Below, piece after piece: positions 20,009 through 29,198 of a stretch of DNA of 64,000 bases. The stretch is from assembly GCA_016933615.1 (NCBI GenBank), contig JAFGAO010000061.1, forward strand, positions 2,082 to 66,081. Direction: 5' to 3'. This DNA comes from Acidobacteriota bacterium (lineage in GTDB: Bacteria > Acidobacteriota > UBA6911). Within the stretch, counting starts at the first letter, position 1; each line of letters starts with the position of its first letter. Position numbers and translations under genes: made by a program. A model generated the notes under the pieces. It was not told where the DNA came from, did not search any database, and saw nothing but the letters and a program-made list of their open reading frames with translations.

Positions 20009-20362
20009 TTACTTGGCTTTTTTAAGCACGACTTCCGTGGCCTGCCCCATCATGTCCCAGCTCAGCTTGAGCTCATTGCCGGACAGTACGCCCTTGTAGT
20101 CCACCTTCATTTCCTCTCCGAAATTGAAGACGACTGAAAACGATATGTTGTTTCCATTTATTTTCCCGTCCTGAATCTTCATTTCCTGGTCCATAATGGG
20201 GGTGGATCCGGTCAAAACATTCCCTTCCGCCTTAAACGTATAGGAAATGGGCATCTTCTGGCCCATCATATCCATCTCGCCTTCCCATTTCCCGTCGATA
20301 TCGGCCGCGAAGGAAATACCGGCAGTAAGCAGAAGCACCAAAGCGAATATACACAGTCTCAT
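20009..20362 (-). CDS. Small secreted hypothetical protein (117 aa)
   Basis: I chose the ATG at 20362 because GGAGGG lies upstream and the signal peptide MRLCIFALVLLLTAGISFAADIDGKW follows. The rest looks beta-rich. I recognise no family. Confidence 0.6.
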   Translation of the reverse strand: MRLCIFALVLLLTAGISFAADIDGKWEGEMDMMGQKMPISYTFKAEGNVLTGSTPIMDQEMKIQDGKINGNNISFSVVFNFGEEMKVDYKGVLSGNELKLSWDMMGQATEVVLKKAK

Positions 20363-20696
20363 AAAAATCCCTCCACTTAAGATTGACGAACGCCTCAAGA
20401 ACCGCTTCCGACACATTGATACTAGAATTCCGGGGGAATCATCCGGTTTCGATGCACTTACAATTTTTATGGAGCTGACAAATATATAGGCCATTTCCTC
20501 CGGGAAACAAGAGTAAAACCATTCTCGTCAACGGAGCCATTCCCCCAAGAAAAGAATACTCCCGGAAATAAGTTTTCGTTTCAGGAAAAATCGGCTTCTT
20601 GGCAGTGAAGTTTCTCAAAACCGGTATTATAGTATCAAGGTCGGTTGTAAATAATTTGTGGATGCAAGGTTGTGCAGAGTGAAAAAGGAGAAGAAA

Positions 20697-20786
20697 ATGC
20701 CCGGATTGCTGGCGCTGTTGCTGTTCTTTGCCGCTTATTTCGCACTGATGCGGTGGGTTCTGCCCAAGCTGGGAGTGCAGACATGA
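20697..20786 (+). CDS. 29-codon hydrophobic peptide ORF (MPGLLALLLFFAAYFALMRWVLPKLGVQT) ending in TGA; possible read-through to 20867
   Basis: AAAAAGGAG SD lies 6 nt before the ATG at 20697, and the product has a single TM-like helix. It is too short for the ORF track. See the finding on the TGA plus hairpin. Confidence 0.35.
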   Translation: MPGLLALLLFFAAYFALMRWVLPKLGVQT

Positions 20787-21071
20787 ATGTCCCCCTCCTG
20801 CAGCGCCGAGTCTCGGCGCGAAACCCGGGATATCCCCTCCGGCCGGGATCAGAATGCCCCGGAGTGAGGCTTTCCGGCCTTATGCCGATCAATTTCTACC
20901 CTGTTCATGCCCCACGTTTTCCCGCCTGATTCCCGATAAGGTACCCGGTTTATCCAGATCTCCTTCAGATAAATTTGAAATAACTCCTCTCTTCTTGACC
21001 CGGATCAAGGGCTTCCCGGAAACGGCAGGCCAATATTAAAGCGTGAATTGAAAACAAAAGAGAGGATCAAA

Positions 21072-21917
21072 ATGAAACGGAAAATCATTCGAATCGACGA
21101 GGAATTATGCAACGGTTGCGGCCTTTGCGTCCCCGATTGCCCTGAAGGGGCCCTGCAGGTGATCGACGGCAAAGCCAGGCTTGTGGGCGACCTGCTGTGC
21201 GACGGCCTCGGTGCATGCATCGGCGCCTGTCCGGAAGGCGCCATAAAGATAGAAGAACGCGAGGCGGAGCTTTACGATGAACGCAAGGTCATGGAGAATA
21301 TCATTCCGCAGGGAATCAATGGGATCCGGGCGCATTGCAATCACCTGAGAAACCACGGGCAGTCGGAATACCTGATACAGGCCCTGGCCTGCCTGAAAGA
21401 ACGGAACATCGAAGCCGGTATCGAGCCGGCCGGCGCCGATTTGCCTGTTGCCCGGCATCAATGCCCCGGTTCTCAGGTCCTGGCATTCCCGTCCGCGCGG
21501 GACAGGGAAGAGGGCAAAGACAAAAGGCTCTCCAGGCTGACGCATTGGCCCATACAACTCCACCTGATATCGCCGGGAGCCCCGCATTACCGGGGATCCG
21601 ACCTGCTGCTGGCGGCGGACTGCGTGGCCTATTCCATGGCCGATTTTCACAGGGATTTTCTGAAAGACCGGACGCTGGCCATAGCCTGTCCGAAGCTCGA
21701 TTCGAACCAGGAGGCTTACCGGGAAAAAATCACGGCTCTGATCGACCAGGCCGGCATCCGGTCCATTACGGTACTGATCATGCAGGTGCCCTGCTGCGGC
21801 GCATTGATGCAGACGGTCCTTGAAGCGGCCGGCCGGGCCGAAAGGAAGATACCGATCCATTGCGCCGTCGTCGGAATCCGGGGGGAAATCCTGAGGGAAG
21901 ACCGGTTGGCGGTCTAG
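21072..21917 (+). CDS. 2x[4Fe-4S] ferredoxin-domain protein with a conserved Cys-containing C-terminal domain
   Basis: The two cluster motifs are CNGCGLCVPDCP and CDGLGACIGACP. I prefer the ATG at 21072 (GAGAGGA SD) over the track's TTG at 21048. The C-terminal domain carries a VPCCG motif. Confidence 0.75.
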   Translation: MKRKIIRIDEELCNGCGLCVPDCPEGALQVIDGKARLVGDLLCDGLGACIGACPEGAIKIEEREAELYDERKVMENIIPQGINGIRAHCNHLRNHGQSEYLIQALACLKERNIEAGIEPAGADLPVARHQCPGSQVLAFPSARDREEGKDKRLSRLTHWPIQLHLISPGAPHYRGSDLLLAADCVAYSMADFHRDFLKDRTLAIACPKLDSNQEAYREKITALIDQAGIRSITVLIMQVPCCGALMQTVLEAAGRAERKIPIHCAVVGIRGEILREDRLAV

Positions 21918-21939
21918 TCCGGCGTCGATGTACGGATAA

Positions 21940-23793
21940 TCACTCGTTTCCGGGGAGCACGCGAACGGCGCCCTGATCAGCGGATGACGCGAACAAGGCA
22001 TACGCCCGGAGAGCCTGCGACACCCGTCGTTCCCTTTTGGGCCGAAACGCCGCCGCACCCTTTGCAAGCTCCTCTTGGCGGCGCCCTTTGATCTCCTCAT
22101 CGCTGATCCGAACGCGGATGCTGCGGTTGGGGATGTCGATCTCAATCGGGTCCCCGTCGCGCAGCAACCCGATGGCGCCTCCCGAGGCGGCTTCCGGCGA
22201 TACATGGCCGATCGACAGGCCGGAGGATCCTCCCGAAAACCTCCCGTCCGTAATCAGGGCGCACTCTTTGCCGAGATGCATCGATTTGATATAGGAGGTC
22301 GGATAGAGCATTTCCTGCATGCCGGGGCCCCCTTTGGGGCCCTCATAGCGGATAATCACAATGTCGCCCGCCTTCACGTCCCCGGAAAGGATCCCGTCGC
22401 AGGCGGAATCCTGCGAGTCGTATACCCTGGCCCGGCCGGTAAAATGAAATATGGACGGGTCGACTCCGGCGGTTTTAACGATGCATCCGTTCTCGGCGAC
22501 GTTTCCGTACAGGACCGCCAGGCCGCCGTCCCTGAAATAGCAATGGTCCGCGTCCCGGATGCACCCGCATTCGCGGTCCCGGTCCAGTTCCGGATAATAG
22601 GTTTCCTGAGACGCCAGCTTCAGGTTCCGCCCTTTCGCACCCGGAGCGCTCCGGTACAGCCTTCCGGCCTCTTCCGTTACAGAGGGCCGTGAAATGTCGT
22701 AGGCATCCAGAACGCTCTTCAGGCTGGAAGCATCCACGCGCCCGACGGTCGCGTCGACCAATCCGGCCCTTTCGAGTTCGCCCATGATCGCCATGATTCC
22801 GCCGGCGCGGTTTACGTCCTCAAGGTGATAGGACGAACTCGGGGCAACCTTGCACAGCACCGGCACCTTCCGCGACAGCCGGTCGATGTCGGACATGGTG
22901 AAATCGACCTCCGCGGCCCGGGCGATCGCAAGCAGGTGCAGAACGGTGTTGGTGGAACCGCCCATGGCGATGTCCACGGACATGGCATTCAGAAACGCCT
23001 GGCGCGTGGCGATCGAACGGGGAAGAACGGAAGTGTCGTCCTTTTCGTAGCGGGCGCGGGCCATTTCCACTATCCGTTGCGCGGCTTTTTCGAAAAGGCT
23101 TATTCGATTCCTGTGGGTGGCCACGACGGTACCGTTGCCGGGAAATCCAAGCCCCAAAGCCTCGGTCAGACAGTTCATCGAGTTGGCCGTGAACATCCCC
23201 GAACAGGATCCGCAGGTCGGGCAGGCGACGGCCTCGATATCGGCGATATCGCCGTCGGGCACCGACGGGTCGCCCGCCATGACCATGGCGTCGATCAGAT
23301 CATACCTTTTATCTCCCAGGACACCCGCTTCCATGGGGCCGCCGGAAACAAAAACCGTAGGGATGTTCAGCCTCATGGCCGCCATCAGCATTCCGGGCGT
23401 GATCTTGTCGCAGTTGGTGATGCAGACCATGGCATCGGCCTGATGGGCATTGACCATGTATTCCACGCTGTCGGCAATGAGCTCCCTGGAGGGAAGCGAA
23501 TAGAGCATGCCGCCATGGCCCATCGCGATCCCGTCGTCGATCGCGATGGTGTTGAATTCGGCGGCAAAGCAACCCTGCCGTTCTATGATTGTCTTGACCG
23601 CCTGCCCGATTTCGTGCAGATGGACGTGGCCGGGAACGAACTGTGTGAACGAGTTGGCAATCGCTACAACGGGTTTTCCCATTTGCTCTTCGCGCATGCC
23701 GTTGGCGCGCCACAGGCTGCGCGCTCCCGCCATTCGGCGGCCTTGCAGGGTAACGGCGCTTCTCAGTGTGGTCGGCATACTCCCCCCCATCAT
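21940..23793 (-). CDS. ilvD: Dihydroxy-acid dehydratase
   Basis: Colinear with E. coli IlvD from MP..RS....G..MAGAR.LWRA.G onward ([59 protein letters not shown]). The start is either the ATG at 23793 (ATGA overlap with the upstream small ORF) or the ATG at 23778 (aligns with the E. coli Met1). Confidence 0.95.
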   Translation of the reverse strand: MMGGSMPTTLRSAVTLQGRRMAGARSLWRANGMREEQMGKPVVAIANSFTQFVPGHVHLHEIGQAVKTIIERQGCFAAEFNTIAIDDGIAMGHGGMLYSLPSRELIADSVEYMVNAHQADAMVCITNCDKITPGMLMAAMRLNIPTVFVSGGPMEAGVLGDKRYDLIDAMVMAGDPSVPDGDIADIEAVACPTCGSCSGMFTANSMNCLTEALGLGFPGNGTVVATHRNRISLFEKAAQRIVEMARARYEKDDTSVLPRSIATRQAFLNAMSVDIAMGGSTNTVLHLLAIARAAEVDFTMSDIDRLSRKVPVLCKVAPSSSYHLEDVNRAGGIMAIMGELERAGLVDATVGRVDASSLKSVLDAYDISRPSVTEEAGRLYRSAPGAKGRNLKLASQETYYPELDRDRECGCIRDADHCYFRDGGLAVLYGNVAENGCIVKTAGVDPSIFHFTGRARVYDSQDSACDGILSGDVKAGDIVIIRYEGPKGGPGMQEMLYPTSYIKSMHLGKECALITDGRFSGGSSGLSIGHVSPEAASGGAIGLLRDGDPIEIDIPNRSIRVRISDEEIKGRRQEELAKGAAAFRPKRERRVSQALRAYALFASSADQGAVRVLPGNE

Positions 23794-24002
23794 TTGTTCT
23801 TGTTTGCGTGCACGACGGTCTTTAAAGCAAGAACCGCAAAAACCGCCAGAAATATTCCAAGGAGAAAACGTTCTTCCCGGCTTCGGGCCGGCAGCAGGAT
23901 ATAGAGGCCGACTGCCACCAGGGCCAGGTGACAGCCCAGGCCGATCAGGAGCCTTGGCGGCAACCGTCTTATTTTTTCAAGCAGATTTTTGCTCATCATC
24001 AT
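23790..24002 (-). CDS. Small two-TM membrane protein (70 aa), hypothetical
   Basis: Two hydrophobic helices. It sits between the Fe-S oxidoreductase and ilvD on the same strand, and its stop overlaps a candidate ilvD start. Confidence 0.4.
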   Translation of the reverse strand: MMMSKNLLEKIRRLPPRLLIGLGCHLALVAVGLYILLPARSREERFLLGIFLAVFAVLALKTVVHANKNK

Positions 24003-24019
24003 CCGGAGAATGCAGCCCC

Positions 24020-26074
24020 TTATTTTTTCTCGAGACTGCCCGCTACCAGGGACGCGATATCGATCACCTTTATGGATTCCTCGCAGTCAAGCAGCTTGAC
24101 CGCATCCTGGAGCATGTGCAGGCAGAATGTGCACCCGGTTACAATCGTATCCGCGCCCGCTGCACGCGCCTGTTTCACACGCAGGTTGTTGATCCGCTCC
24201 CCGCGCTTCAGGTCCATGAAGTAGTGGCCGCCGCCGGCGCCGCAACAGAGGCTCTTCGCCCTGTGATTCTCCATTTCCACCAGATGGATCCCGGGAACCG
24301 ACCGGACGACTTCTCGCGGCGCGTCATAAATTTTCTGGTACCGGCCCAGGTAGCAGGGATCGTGATAGACGGCCTTGCGGGCGGCACCGTTTCCCGGCTG
24401 GAGACCCTTGAGCCGAAGCATCTCCAGGATGAACTCGCTGTGATGCACGACATTGAAGTCGCCTCCGAACTGCCGGTATTCATGCTTCAGGGTGTTGTAG
24501 CAATGGGGGCACCCGGTCAACAGGATTTTGAATTCGCGCTGCTTCAACAGTTCCACCTGTTCCTGCGCCGCCGCCTGGAAAAGCATTTCCTGTCCCAGTA
24601 CCCGGGCGGGATCGCCGCAGCATTTTTCATCCACGCCCAGCACGCCGAAATCAATGCCGCACTCCTGCATTAGCCGGCACAGGTCCCTGGCGATCCTGCG
24701 CTTCTGCGGATCAAACGCGATGATGCAGCCGATCCAGTACAGAACGTCCACCTTTTCCCCGGGAGCCACCACCCGCACTCCCAGATCGCGAATCCAGTCG
24801 GCCCTTTCGGACTGCGGGCCGAAAGGATTTCCGTTGATTTCGAACAGCTTCATTGCCTGGCCGGCTTCTTCCGGTATGCGTCCCTGGATCAGCACTTCGT
24901 TCCGGCGCAGCTCCATCAGCGTATCGACATGTTCGATCAGGGCGGGGCAGACTTCCATGCAGGCGCTGCAGGTCCGGCAATGCCAGATAAATTCTTCATC
25001 GAAAACCTTTCCGACGATATCGGAAATCTCCGGCGCGGACTCCGCATCCGTTTTCACGGACGCCTCGCAGGCGTCTAGCGATTCCTTCAGGCGCGCTATC
25101 AGCTGCCGGGCGGAAAAATATTCCTTGTCCGCCATGTATGCCGGACAGACCTCGTCACAGCGCCCGCAGGAAACACAGGCATCGAGATCGAGGCGCTGCT
25201 TCCAGGTATATTCGTCCGCCTTTTGGATCCCAAGCCGGAAATCTTCTTCATCCTCGGCGCTTTCCATAAGTTCTTCAATGTTCTCCCGGCGCAGTTCGCC
25301 CCTCGGATTCAGCTTTGAGAAGAAGACGTTGGTCGGCAGCGAAAGCAGATGAATGAACTTGGTATAGGGAATAAGGGCGATCCAGCCCAGGGCGATAACC
25401 GTGTGCAGCCACCAGAAAGAGGCGTGAAGAGTGACCCCCGTATCCTCCCCCATCCCCGTAAAAAGCTTCGCCATCCCCAGCCCGACAAAGGAGAGCGGCG
25501 ACCAGGGATCGCCGTGAAACGCGATGCGCAGCCCTTCGACCAGGTAGCCCGTAACCACCATGGCTGCGATCAGGAGCAGCACGTAGCTGTTTTCGGCGGT
25601 ATGGGGCAAGGTTTCCGGTTTACGGATCTTTCGGCGGTACAGGGCCATCCCGACGCCGATGAGTATGAGGATGCCGGCCAGTTCGGAAGCCACGGAAAAG
25701 AAAACGTAGACGAAGCCCTGAAAGATGCTGAGATTGGTCCCGAACAGGTGGTTCATGTCGTACTGGACCATGATGATCAGGGTGGTAATAAACAGAACCA
25801 GGAATGAATAGAAGATGAAACAATGCAGGACGGCGGGAAAGCGGGAGTTGCGCACCTGTTTTTGCAGAAATATCTCCCGCAGGAGAATCGTGAGGCGTTT
25901 ACCCCAGTCGCCCAGACGCTCCTTGTCTGCCTTGCCGCGGCGCCAGTACTGTACCCTCTGATAGACTCCCCATGCAAAAACGACTGCGGCGGCGGCCAAC
26001 AGGACATACATCAACCAGACGGCCGAAATGTTCCACATCAACGGTCGAGTTGCTTCCGAAAGCGGTGGCATCAT
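24020..26074 (-). CDS. Membrane-bound HdrD/DsrK-like Fe-S oxidoreductase: N-terminal polytopic (NarI-like, His-containing) domain fused to a 2x[4Fe-4S] domain and two CCG domains
   Basis: 684 aa. There are about 5-6 N-terminal TM helices with conserved His. The cluster motifs are CVSCGRCDEVCP and CRTCSACMEVCP. Two Cys-rich CCG-type regions follow (EKCCGDP...GCPHC and SLCCGAGGG...GCTFC). Confidence 0.8.
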   Translation of the reverse strand: MMPPLSEATRPLMWNISAVWLMYVLLAAAAVVFAWGVYQRVQYWRRGKADKERLGDWGKRLTILLREIFLQKQVRNSRFPAVLHCFIFYSFLVLFITTLIIMVQYDMNHLFGTNLSIFQGFVYVFFSVASELAGILILIGVGMALYRRKIRKPETLPHTAENSYVLLLIAAMVVTGYLVEGLRIAFHGDPWSPLSFVGLGMAKLFTGMGEDTGVTLHASFWWLHTVIALGWIALIPYTKFIHLLSLPTNVFFSKLNPRGELRRENIEELMESAEDEEDFRLGIQKADEYTWKQRLDLDACVSCGRCDEVCPAYMADKEYFSARQLIARLKESLDACEASVKTDAESAPEISDIVGKVFDEEFIWHCRTCSACMEVCPALIEHVDTLMELRRNEVLIQGRIPEEAGQAMKLFEINGNPFGPQSERADWIRDLGVRVVAPGEKVDVLYWIGCIIAFDPQKRRIARDLCRLMQECGIDFGVLGVDEKCCGDPARVLGQEMLFQAAAQEQVELLKQREFKILLTGCPHCYNTLKHEYRQFGGDFNVVHHSEFILEMLRLKGLQPGNGAARKAVYHDPCYLGRYQKIYDAPREVVRSVPGIHLVEMENHRAKSLCCGAGGGHYFMDLKRGERINNLRVKQARAAGADTIVTGCTFCLHMLQDAVKLLDCEESIKVIDIASLVAGSLEKK

Positions 26075-26354
26075 GAATCAACCTCTTATCTGAAATACAT
26101 TTTCCGCCGTAACCCCCCGCCGGTCATCGATTCGGCGCGGGCTTTGCAACGGCGGAGAACAATCCTCCGGCTTGAAAATACGGCGGTCTGCTGCAAATAT
26201 TGTGAAACCGGCGCTGTTTCGGCAAACAAAAATCTGATTTTACATCATATCGCCGGGTTTATGGCTTATTATTCCATTGCGTGACCGAGTCACGCTCCCT
26301 ATCCGAGAGAGGATTAAGAGCGGCGTTCGGTTCATGAAAGCGAGGAGCATTCCC

Positions 26355-26936
26355 ATGAAAGTTGTGGCTTTTAACGGCAGCGGCCGGAAGAACGGCAATA
26401 CTTTAATTCTTCTTCAAACCGTACTGAATGAACTGGAAAACGAAGGGATAAAAACGGAACTGGTACAAATGGCCGGAGCCCCGATCCAGGGTTGTACCGC
26501 TTGTTTGGAGTGCATGGAAAGAAAAAACATGCAGTGTGCGATCGACAGCGACCCGTTCAACGATTACTTTGAAAAAATCAGCAGTGCCGACGGCCTTCTT
26601 CTGGGTTCCCCGGTTTATTTCTCAGACATCACGGCCGGAATGAAGGCCCTGATCGAAAGGACCGGATTCGTAGCCAGGGCCAACGGCAACATACTCCGGA
26701 GAAAGGTGGGCGCCGGCGTGCTTGCCGTGCGCCGTGCCGGCTCCAACCACGCCCTGGCGAGCCTCAACTATCTCTTCCTTATCAGCGAAATGATTATTCC
26801 CGGGTCGAACTACTGGAATATGGGCATCGGGAGAAATGCGGGGGAAGTCAAAAACGATACCGAGGGGCTTCAGACGATGAAGACCCTTGGAATCAATATG
26901 GCCTGGCTTCTCAAGGGGACGGCCGGTTGCCGGTAA
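26355..26936 (+). CDS. Iron-sulfur flavoprotein (NADPH-dependent FMN reductase / flavodoxin-like fold, ISF type)
   Basis: I chose the ATG at 26355 because GAGGAG lies 8 nt upstream. Motifs are MKVVAFNGSGRKNGNT, the compact Cys motif CTACLECMERKNMQC (C-x2-C-x2-C-x7-C) typical of ISF, and GSPVYF. Confidence 0.8.
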   Translation: MKVVAFNGSGRKNGNTLILLQTVLNELENEGIKTELVQMAGAPIQGCTACLECMERKNMQCAIDSDPFNDYFEKISSADGLLLGSPVYFSDITAGMKALIERTGFVARANGNILRRKVGAGVLAVRRAGSNHALASLNYLFLISEMIIPGSNYWNMGIGRNAGEVKNDTEGLQTMKTLGINMAWLLKGTAGCR

Positions 26937-27153
26937 ATATGCCCGCCAAGGGCCCGCATCCCTCAATCAGACGTCCGAATCCGCCCTTGATTCCGGCGGC
27001 AAGACCAACGCGCGACCCTATGAACAATTCCGGAGTATTTGTTCTGGGATTCCGGGGGTCCGTGCCGATATGAAAACATGATTGCGATCTGCCGGAGATA
27101 TCTGGGATATCGATCGGGGGCAGACATCCAACGGATTTTCAAAGGGTATATTA

Positions 27154-27504
27154 ATGGCTACATACAGCAGGATTCCAAAGGATCGGAGAAGCAGCTCTCG
27201 CGTGCTTGAACTCCTGGACTGCAGCTTTACCTGCAGGGATGCGGACCACCATGCGGTTATGGTGAATCTCTCGCTGAAGGGAGCCTTGCTTTCCTCCCGG
27301 ATAGAGGCGCCGAAGGGCGAAATAATCGACTTGCACATCCCGTCGGAATTCACGGGGGGAATGATAATTCTGAAAGGCATGGTCGTGCGCAGCACCAAAA
27401 CCCTGACCGACCACGGTCCAAGATACAAAACCGTCGTTCATTTCAACGGCACGCCGCCGGATCTGCGCATTCTTCTCGCCAAACTCAGCGCTAAATACAG
27501 CTGA
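27154..27504 (+). CDS. PilZ-domain (c-di-GMP-binding) protein
   Basis: Both PilZ signature motifs are present: RRSSSR (RxxxR) and NLSLKG ((D/N)xSxxG). The product is 116 aa from the ATG at 27154. Confidence 0.65.
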   Translation: MATYSRIPKDRRSSSRVLELLDCSFTCRDADHHAVMVNLSLKGALLSSRIEAPKGEIIDLHIPSEFTGGMIILKGMVVRSTKTLTDHGPRYKTVVHFNGTPPDLRILLAKLSAKYS

Positions 27505-27574
27505 ACGAATCGGCAGCCCATCGGGTTTCAAAGATGCGGCGGCGGTTGTCGACCGTCATTGTCGGGATCGGGCT

Positions 27575-28153
27575 TCAGCCGCCCAGCAGGCTCTCCAGTA
27601 AAACGGCCCTGAGTTTCTCCAGTTCGGGCTCGCAGGACCGCCGCAATGCATCCAGTTCGTTTTTCAAAGATTCATTATCCGCCATATTGGGCCGCAGCGC
27701 AGAACCGGAGATTCCAAGGGAACCCAGTTTTTCCATCTCGGTGGCTTCGCATTCCAGAAGTATTTTATCTTTTCGCTTTTGGAAATCATCCAGAATCCGG
27801 CTCCAGGCAGTCGTCGTTTTCTCCCGAAGGCCTTCCGCATCTCCCGCAAGCCGGCACAGCCCATTCAGGGCCCTGACCGCTGCCCCGGGATCGTCCGGCC
27901 GCACCGACCGGCAGAGGAAAGCGACAAAAGCGCGGCGGACAATCTCGCCCGGTTCCCCCGCATGCCGCGCGATTTCCGCGGGAATTTCCGTTTCGGCGAT
28001 GACGCCCTGCATGTACTTACTGGCCAAGGCTTCGCCCAAGGGACGGAACTCCTTCTCCTTCTGCTCGGCAATTTCCTCGGGAGTCAGTTCCGGCAAACCC
28101 GAAATCCTCTCCATGGCAATCTCCAGGGCGCTTTTTATTCCCTCATCCCCCAC
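27575..28153 (-). CDS. Hypothetical helical protein
   Basis: The ORF is open to 28378, but that would overlap the upstream MBL gene. I prefer the GTG at 28153, which is preceded by AGGGAG (6-nt spacing). The ATG at 28114 is an alternative. I recognise no family. Confidence 0.45.
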   Translation of the reverse strand: MGDEGIKSALEIAMERISGLPELTPEEIAEQKEKEFRPLGEALASKYMQGVIAETEIPAEIARHAGEPGEIVRRAFVAFLCRSVRPDDPGAAVRALNGLCRLAGDAEGLREKTTTAWSRILDDFQKRKDKILLECEATEMEKLGSLGISGSALRPNMADNESLKNELDALRRSCEPELEKLRAVLLESLLGG

Positions 28154-28281
28154 TTCTTTCTCCCTTAAAAAACCGGATTCACAGGTGCATCCAACCGGAA
28201 TGCATGGAGACGCATCACCATTGCATTCCCTGCATTCCCTGCTCTCCCTGCCGGCCGGCGAAGATGCGGACCGGCGGTTTT

Positions 28282-28950
28282 TTACAAATAGCTCAGTATG
28301 AGCTCGAAATTCTCCCTGACCTCTTCCCTCCCCCGGATGAATCCCGGATGGCCGTAGGGATGCCCGCAAAGAAGGCATTCGACATCCAGACGGGACATCC
28401 TCTCGATACTGTCCCGCAGCGCCTGGTGACTGCCGCCCGGAAGATCGGTCCTGCCGGTGCTCCGGTAGAAAATGCAGTCCCCGGCGATGAGCGCTTTTCT
28501 CGAAGGCCAGTAAATTGTGACATGGCCGGGCGAATGCCCGGGGGAATGAAAAATCTCCAGGCCGGTCTTGCTCCCGTTCGCGAGCTCCAGCGTTCCCTCC
28601 TGCAGATAAATATCCGCCCTGCCTCCCAGCATTTGAAACATTTCCTCGTCCGCCCGGTGCATGGCAACCAGGGCGCCCGTTTCCCGCTGCAGGACCGCGG
28701 CGGCTTCGCAGTGATCCGGATGCCCGTGGGTCACAATCACCAGACCGACCGAGGAATAATCCAGGCCGTCGCGCCCAATTTCCCGAGCCAGCTTTTCAAG
28801 GCCCGGCTCCCGATAGGAGGGAGTCCGCACGTGCCCCGGATCGACGAGCAGGTGCCTGCCCCCCTTCAGCACGCCGGCCAGCAGGCAGGCATTGCAGTTA
28901 TTGTCGCGCCCCTGCCACAAATAAATATAAAAATTATCGAATATTTTCAT
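28282..28950 (-). CDS. MBL-fold metallo-hydrolase (glyoxalase II-like)
   Basis: The HxHxDH motif is present in THGHPDHCEAA, with downstream His/Asp ligands (HSPGHSPGH, GDCIF, CGHP). 222 aa. Confidence 0.85.
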   Translation of the reverse strand: MKIFDNFYIYLWQGRDNNCNACLLAGVLKGGRHLLVDPGHVRTPSYREPGLEKLAREIGRDGLDYSSVGLVIVTHGHPDHCEAAAVLQRETGALVAMHRADEEMFQMLGGRADIYLQEGTLELANGSKTGLEIFHSPGHSPGHVTIYWPSRKALIAGDCIFYRSTGRTDLPGGSHQALRDSIERMSRLDVECLLCGHPYGHPGFIRGREEVRENFELILSYL

Positions 28951-29198
28951 AAAAAACTGTCCAAAGAGCGCACGCGCCTATAAAATTTGCCGTTTTACGG
29001 GTATGGTGCCTTCTGCTGCGAAACAAAACACAGGAGAAACACGGAAAGATCATAGCAACCCGGACATCGATGCGCAACCGGCGGGCTGCCGCGCCGGCAT
29101 CGCCCTTGTCCGGGATCGCTCTTGCTGAGATATGTAAAAGAACCGTACAGCTGAACCGCGACGACACCGTAAACGCGTTTTACAAGGGAGCATTTCAA

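Noticed and set aside
20596-20612. TTGGCAGTGAAGTTTCT resembling a sigma54 -24/-12 element
   Set aside because: The -24 GG is present, but the -12 GC dinucleotide is missing (TTTCT instead of TTGC[AT]).
22825-24673. Plus-strand ORFs of 359 aa and 388 aa
   Set aside because: They are antisense to ilvD and to the HdrD-like gene. Their composition is biased and no motifs are present.
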